Shown here: piece after piece, positions 40,501 to 49,500 of the stretch
Numbering within the stretch: the first letter of the stretch is position 1
Layout: every line of letters starts with the position of its first letter
NCBI GenBank assembly: GCA_000165345.1
Contig: CM000433.1
Span: 672,001-736,000 of the forward strand
DNA: 64,000 nucleotides
Direction: 5' to 3'
Program-made: the position numbers and the translations under genes
The notes under the pieces: generated by a model
The model's database searches: none
What the model saw: only the letters and a program-made list of their open reading frames with translations
Told to the model about the DNA's origin: nothing

Positions 40501-43500
40501 TAAATATGACAGATCAGTCGTCTTATGAATATATAATCTCTTGTGATCTTTAATATACTCATGCAATTGAGATCTTCCAATAAATCCACACCTCAAAACT
40601 GCAATTTTATGGAAATCTTTAACTACATCCTCTGGTATACCTTTAACATTACTTAATAAAGTCCAGTCCAATAGCTCACCATAATTTGAAGATCTCTCTG
40701 GAATCATTTTATTCAAAAATCCATCTTCTAAAATTGTCACACCTCCTCCTAAAGTTGTTCCTGAAAATGGCAAATCACCCCTTTCTCCTCCTCCAGCTAA
40801 ACCTTGTAGGCTAAATCCTATATCGTCTAAGTTACCAATTCCAAGATCACCACCTCTACCATGTACCTTATCATTCATTGCTGTACCAAATATATTACTT
40901 TGATTACTCAAAAGAGAACCTTGTCCTCCAATAATTCCTCCATTAATTGAATTTGAAATAATATTATCAAAGTTAGTACTTTTATGTATATGAAAAACAT
41001 TAATATTTGGACCCAATCCAAGCTCACTAAGTCTTTCCAAAGGATTTCCTGATCCCATCAATAACATATTATTACTAATTAAACCCAAGAAATGCATTGA
41101 TACAAGTAAACCCGAAAAATTCAAACATCTTTCTGTCAAAGTTTGTAATGCCAAATCTGATAATTCTACAGGTAAAAATCCACTTCCATTACTCAATTTA
41201 GTGAATACACTCTTTACATGTTGAAGATTCCTTTCCTCTATATAGTTAAGATTAGTTAAACTGACAGAATTATCATAAGTTACACTTGGAAGACGATCAG
41301 TTGATAAATTGATTCCACAGAGTCGAATTAAGAATATAAAAGCGTCCATCCAAAGGTATTTGGAAACAATTACTTGAATTACTTGCTCCAAAGTTGTTTC
41401 AGAAAACTCAATAGTATTATTACTCGATGATGAATTTGTAACTCCACCTGCTCCTCCATCACCTTCTCCATTCCCTGTAGCTCCTCCACCAATCAAAATA
41501 CCATTAATTTCACTCATTTTTGAATCAACTAATGCTGAATGAAATACTTCAACACTAGTTTTTACCTCTCTTTGATGAATTATATTTGCATTATTCTTCT
41601 GGTTCTTACCTACTGAAGATATATTCTGATTACTATTAGAAAAATCTGATACTAAAACTCCTCCAGATCTAGAACTTGTAATAGAATTAGCTCTCCTCAA
41701 GACTGTTTGGATTGCTCCTAAAATAACTTTCATTCCTTGATGATTTCTTGGTAAAATAAGTACTTCTTCAGTAATTAAACTATGAGATCTTTTCCAAGGT
41801 ATATCTACAGTAAGCATATCAACATCGGTATCTTTTAATACACTTAAAGCATACAATGCTTTAGTTATCAAAGATACTTGAAATTGTAATGATGCATTTC
41901 CTTGAGATAATGATATAATTTCAAGTGTATCCTTAACATTACGTTGATTTTCGACTCTATACTCTTTTAAAGCATCAACAACTTGAGCTGCAGTTTTAGG
42001 AGGAGCTGATACAAAGTATTCATGTATAGAAAGTGAAAGCTCATTTAAAGATGGTCCATAGAAGATATTTACAATTCTTGCAGCTTTTCTTCTGATTAAT
42101 TTTGGATAAACAATATCCAAAAAGTGATCAGCTCCTTTTTTAACTCTGCTTTTATCAAATAATCTTCCAATTATATGGTTAAATAAGATCCAGATATCTT
42201 GTCTAATCTCATTGTGAAGAATTCTCATAAGCTGTAAGAACTTGGTTGTATCATTGTCAGAGTTTTTGTTTTGAGATGTCATACTCTTAATGCATGCACT
42301 ATCTCCTCCAATTCCATTATCTTTTAACCCATTTCCATTAATATTAGTTGTTGTACCTCCAATTCCTCCTCCTCCTCCTCCTGCAGGATTAGCTATCATA
42401 CTACTACTGCTTGCAGCATTTATAAAACTTGAACTTGATCCATTATTCAAGTTTGAGTTAGATTGATTTAATAACCAGGTTGAAGATGAAGTTTTGAAGT
42501 TTCTATTTGATGATCCTGTTCTTCCAATAATATTCAAATTATTTCCCTGTTTCTCAAACATACTTAAGCTTCCAGAGAATGAATATTCATCATGAAAAGT
42601 ACTATTTGAAATGATATTTCCATCATTAATAATATCTAAATCATCGTTACTTAAAGAATGAGAATTACCAAAAGTTAATACATTTCTTCTTCCAAATATA
42701 GGAATCAATAAAGCAACCTGAGCATCAAATACCTTATAAGCCAAAGAATGAATATCTCTCAAAGCTGTATCAATATCTGGAGTCCTTAAATTTCTGGTAG
42801 CAAATGTAAATATATATTTTAGCTTTTGTACATTCATCTCACGTAATAATTGAAACTTTGTATGCTTACTAGAGTTACCAACTCCTCCTCTAATATTATT
42901 ACTAATATTATTAGAACTCTTTCCTCTAATTGAAAAACCTCCAAAAGAATCCCCAACTCCTTCAAAAGTACTAGAAGATGATCTTCCATAATGATTTAAT
43001 GAACATAGCTTTAAATTATTTAAATCCCCAGTAATTACACCAATATCTGAATCATTCACAACTTTTCCAAAATGGAAATGATTACCTGTATTCTTTTTAC
43101 TATTTTCAAAACTTGAAGAAAGTAAATCTATCCATAAATAGCCTTTCTGATCTATCATAGGCTTAAATCCTGTTTTTATTGTATGGCAAGAACTAGCATT
43201 GAAAATATCCTCACTAAACTCATCATCATACTCTTCCTCATCTATTCCACCATTTTCTTGTGCTCCTTTATCATCAATAACTCCTCTATCTATTATAAAT
43301 TGATCATGAGCTTGGCTCATAATCATCTCACCTTCATTCTCACTTGTACCTCCTCTAATTGGAATAACCTTCTCATAATCAGAATCCAAATTCCCAGGAT
43401 ACAATGAATACAATATTATAATATCTTCCACAGAAAATCCTTGTTGATCATCTACATTTGTATTACAAATAGAATTAAAATAATCAATAATATCTTGGTA

Positions 43501-46500
43501 TTTGGTATTTAATCCATTAAATAAAAATCTATCATAGTGTAAGTTAATTACCCAGTATAGAAACTCTTCCCTATTCAAAAATCCATCCTCATCCATATCA
43601 AAGAAGTCAAATATGAGCTTTACTTTAGCTTCATCTGATAAAGATTCACTTGGAGGAAAGATTGGAACTTTGACTATAGCACATTTGTACCAAGTTTCAA
43701 GCTGCAAAAAATCTTCAACTTTATATCCAAACCTTGGACCATACTTAACACCATCTTGTAAAAGAGCTACATCAAATCCTTCCAATAAGCCATCAACCTT
43801 ATCATTTTCAGAAATAACATCCTTAACTGTAGCTAATTTCATTCCATAATACATTCTTAAAGTCTCTTGAACTCCAATAATCTCTCCTTTTGAATTAATC
43901 CCAAATAAGCTTTTAGGTGCAACTGGCAATATCTTCAAATATTCCCATTTGGAACAATATAATGAACAATAATCAGATATTGGAAGCTTTGACCCATAAG
44001 ATTTAATTCTTGTACTATGCTTTAACTCCATTGAACCATCCAAAAAGTCTTTGAGAGCTTGTTTATTATTAGAATTCACACCTAATGATCCCTCTATTCC
44101 ACTTTTATCCCTTGAGATTTGTTGTTTTCCTACATTATTTAATATTGCTTTTGCCCATAAGTATTTGTGATTACTAATCTCACAATGTAATTGTTCAGAA
44201 ACTGCAGCTCTAAGATCATTTGGATCAGCAGAATTTGAATTACTAGTAAATGTTTGATTTGTTGCCTCAAACCAATGTCCTAATGCAATTGAAATCAAAG
44301 ACTGGAGATTTTCAGCAATAAATCTATCAACAATTCCTCTTGAAGAACTAAAGTTATTCCATAAGCTTACTATAACAAATCCCAAAGCCAAAAGCATTAC
44401 CACATAAGGAAGTATATTGTCTGAATTAATTAAAGAACCCAATAAGAACCATAAAAGGAACATTGAAATTGCTAATAATGTTAGAAACATTGAAAATAAT
44501 GTTACAAACATTCCAATTTCTTCAAAAAGTACCAACAATTTTATCCAGTAATACCTCAAATTCCTCCTCCATCTCCAAATTAAACCTTTACCTGTTATTT
44601 CTGAATCTTCATTATTCTCCTCTTGTCTTTTATTATAAGATGAAGGTGATGAACTGGAAGCAATGAATGTAGTATGAATAATTATAAGATGTAAAACTGA
44701 TAATATCAATAAGTATGGAATAGGAAATGGTAAAGACATAAAAAAGTCCCAAGTTGGATTATATACAATATCTGAAAAATAATTTGAACTGATATGAGAA
44801 TGTGGATTTGAAATGGAAAGAGTTGATAAGTAATTATAAACCAGAGTTAGTATGATACAAGTTACTGGGAATATTGAAAGTATTGAAATTTGAAAACCAT
44901 AAATCATTATATTTAGTATTACTGGTAAAATTGAAAATTGAAAAGAATACCAAATTTCATGTATTAATTCTTGTCTTTGTTTTATTTTTGCTATATATAT
45001 TGGAACTAATATTCCTCCATAACCAATATTATATCCTGAAATCCTATCAAGTTTTTCATTATTTACCCCATTAATAATATCTGAATCAATTATTTCAGTT
45101 CCTGATTTCTGTCTTAAATTTCCTTCATCATCTAATTGAGTACTACCAAGGTGTTCAGTTTCCCCTACTTTATTCCAATTTGATATTGTTGTTAATTCAG
45201 TATACTCACAATTACTATTTCTCATAGAATGGATTGATCCATCAATAACTTGGTTATTTGAAACACTATTCTTCAAATTTCGAATTAAATTAGTAGATGA
45301 ACGTTTTAATTGAGCAATTTTTAAAGACATTAAAGCTTTAGACCATCGTTGTTTTGATTTGGATATACTTTTTCTCTCTCTATCCTTGAGTTTTTGTTGT
45401 TTGCTGCTTTCTTTTGTTGTATATATTAGACTTAAAATAGCTTTCCAACTTCTGAACTTGCTTGATCTCCAAGTAGATTTTCTTCTGAAAACTGTTGAAT
45501 AATTTGAATGAACTAATAAACCCGAAGAAATATTAATAGTTTTCGCATCTTCATTTTTTTGGATTGAATTATAATCTTCTTTATTAAAGCAAAATAAGCA
45601 TTTCAAATTTGAGGAAAAGCTACATATTGAATTAACCATTTTTGAAATGGATATACTTCTTAAAAATAGCATTATAGAATCAATTTTGAAGTAACTGACA
45701 ACCTTAATTGTTAAAGGTAAGAATATACTAGTATCCAATATAATTCCATTCTTGAGCAAAAATCTATCAGGAGAAGACGACCACCAATAAGTTGAGTAAT
45801 TTAAAGTACAATTTTCAATAATGTCGATTGATTTTCTTTGAGATTTTAAAAATATACAATTATCCAATTCTTTATCTTCACCTCTTAATATATATCTACT
45901 TCCTGTAGTTATAGCCAATGCTTTAGCACTAATCATAAACTGGCCAGGACAGTAAGTTCCTCTTTGATGAGTTTCTGTAGGAATTGGTTTTCTTATATTT
46001 TCACAAACTCTTAAACTGCTAGGTGAAACCAGGAATCCATACTTATTTAAATCATTATAAGTAACAACTTCCATTTCAAGTCCAAATGTTCTGCAAAATG
46101 TTGCGTACAATAACTCAAATTCACTCAAAGTTGTTAATCTTATGACTTTGAATGAATTAGAAACTGCTACTATTATTTGTTTATTGCCTAATGAAGATCT
46201 TCTTCCTGCTCCTGTACCTGTACCTGTTCCTGACCCTGCAAGGAAATATCCAGAATTATCATGAGTAACTGATCCCTTTGGAACAAAGATTTTTCCTTGA
46301 ATAGTTACATTGGATGGAATATCATCTTTACTTACTGCCATAACTAAATAAACATCCCTTGAAGATGATCTTTGTGAAATAAATGGTACATCGACTGACC
46401 ATGCAAAAGTACCTGTATTTGGAATTGATTTGTCTCCATGCAAAGAAGTTAAATGTGTATCTGTATAATGATCAAAAATATGTAAATGCAACTTTTTAGG

Positions 46501-49500
46501 AATGTAGCTTGAACTATCCTTCTTTAACTCCCTCCAAATCCATGTTAATTGAGTATCACTGCCATTAATAATAATCTTACCAGGGATATCATTAGTGAAT
46601 CTTGGTTTGTTTGAGTTCAAGGCTGAGTTTGAAGAATTTGGAGTCTCTTTGTTCTTTTCCAAGTTGACAGGATCATTGTTTAACGCAGCTCCTCCTGTCT
46701 TTTGTCTATTAATGATTGAATTAGCTGAATGATTATATATCAAACGACCACTATTTTCATCACTTTTTTTTTTCACCATTTCAATATCAATACTTTCTAT
46801 ATTATTTAAAGGATTTGAGTCAATAATAATTTCCTCAGAAAGGTCATGCCTTAAATATTGAACCCAAAATGATCTATCTAAAAGCATTGAAAGCTCTCCC
46901 CATTGTCCTCCCTCTACATAATATAGTTTTACTGAAATATCCACAAACTTGTTAATAGAGACAGTATCGTTTGAAATTGTATCATGAACTTGAATGATAT
47001 CATTTTCTTGAAGTTCTGAATGATAACCCATTTTTGAATGAATTCTTCTGCCATGTACAACATCATCACTATCATCGTGCATGGCTACCAAATCCCCCTC
47101 AAAACTATCCTCATTATTGCTGTCATTAACTAACGATTTCCAAGCTATTTCTATCAATTTGGAGCATTTCACATCTCCATTTGCCACGACTTGGCCACTA
47201 TCTGCCTCTTGTAACTCAAACAATATTCGCTTTTGAGATATTAAACTTTGCTCCAAATATAAGCTGCTTGTTACTGCACATGAATTATTAACTTTCTCAT
47301 CCCTTCCAAATCCCCCAATACTCAATCTACGGCTTTCCCCCTTAGAATTGTGATTTATCTTATTACGAAGAATATAAACATTATTTCCTCCTCCTAATTC
47401 TCTCCCATTCACTGTATTCACATTTTCATTATAGTTACCAAATAAGTTAATATTTTCCAAACAGCCCTCAATTCGAACCTTATCTGTATCGAATGACTTA
47501 TTCTTAAATGTATAACTCTTAAGTGAGGAAAAATCATCCTCTTCTTCTGTAATGCTGGATGCATGCAAACTGCCAAACCTTGCCGCCGAACGTCCCTCCC
47601 CAGCTCCACCTTTACTTGTATAATTCTCAGAAATCTTCCCTGCTCCTCCGCTCACTCCACTTGAAATCTCGCTTGTGACAAACTCATCCGGAAAATCTCT
47701 CACTAATCTTGCTATCAACACATACTTTTTATTCCCTCTCACCTCTGAATACCCACATTCAATACCGGAACTATAGTTTGGCGCGCGCGCCTCTCTGTTA
47801 ATGCTTTGGTTAGAGAAGGACCTTTCGAATCTTTGTTCACCATTTATGTCAGTGACTATTCCATCCATTTTGTGAGCTGAGTTGGTCATTTCTTCCCTTC
47901 CAAATACTCCCATATTGTTGCTTTCGTCATTTATTAAATTATTTTTATCGTCATCATCATTATCCTCGAACCCATAATCAAAAATGTTTTCTTGAGAAAT
48001 GCTATTACGTTTCTTCCTCTTCCCACCAAGAACATCAAAAATTATTATCTCAATATCTCTAAAATAGAACGGAATTCCGAAAGGAGAGTAGTGATCTGTG
48101 TTTTTGTTTATGAATAAATTAAGTGAGGATCTTTTCTTAGGCAAAAACCTCCTTAAGAAAAGTAGTGGGAAATCTACAAACTTCATCTTGTTTCCTGGAA
48201 TAATCTCATTACTCCAATTGCTCTGCTCAATAATATGGCCAGAAGATGATATTCTTAGAATTCTTAATCTATACTTTTGATCAGAAATTAGTTCATATGG
48301 CATTGTCACCTCAAAGATGCATTTATCATTATATTTCATTGGAACAAACAACTCTTGTTGATTTCTTCCCAAATGTGTAGTTAATGACGCCTCGTTTGCT
48401 GGAATATAAAGGAAGAATTCAGAAAGCCCTGACTCATTTGTTACTTTCTCTTCATAACTATTGCTATTATTCCCACTATATTGAGATAAGTTCTCTACCT
48501 GTTTAATATATATACAAAGCTTCTCATTATCACGCCTTTTTTGTCTCTGATTCCATCTCAATAATAATCCAAAGCTTGGCCATTGAATTGTAGAAACCAT
48601 TACAATCCATTCTGCAGCCTCTGATGTCCTAAAATCATGATTTAGACGGTGTGAAGCCGTACTTACTAGTTGCATTTCTCTAATACCTGTTAAAAACCAT
48701 GGGAAAACATAGTAATATAGTACCCACATTGCTGCTGCTGCTACCAAAATACCACATAATATATTCAAAGATAGAGAAACTATGTAACCTTGTAAGTCAT
48801 TTGCTGTTACAAGGTCTTTTAATATTGCATCATTTTCAGCTGTAAATATGTATTGTTCGATTGTCTGATATGGATTATCGGATAAGACTTGTGGATTAGA
48901 TTCAAAATCATCATCTGCTAACATAGAACTTTTTAGAATCTTCTTGGATAGTTTGCTCCAGCCTGGAATTAACCATCCTGGGAATATTATACCCTCTAAA
49001 AATGATATCATTGAGGAAAACAATTTAAATACTTTCTTTAGTTGACTTTTTAATTTCTTCATTACCCATTTTGTCGTTAAAAACAAGTTATCAAATATGC
49101 CAACCTTATTTCTTTCTCCTAATCCCAACCCTGAATTATAAGCCTTAATTTCTTCACCATCATTCTGAGTCCATACAATTACGCTTGGTTGTTGAGCTAT
49201 GCCTACGATTGCTGTATTTATTACACTAAAGATGTTTTCAGTTATTGAAGATTCACAAGCTTTAATTCTACTTGATTTCCCCATATAATTGCCTACATCA
49301 CTTATACTTTTGATATTTGCAATATCTTCATGAATATTTGAGTCCTGGTTAATGTAATAATCTTCACTTATATTTTCATCAATGTAAATTGACTCATGTA
49401 AGTTATTTGAAAGTAATCTTGGTCCATTCTTAATTCCAAATATCTTCTTCAAATCGCTTAATTTACTTTCTTGCTTATTTTTCTCACCATTAGAGGATTT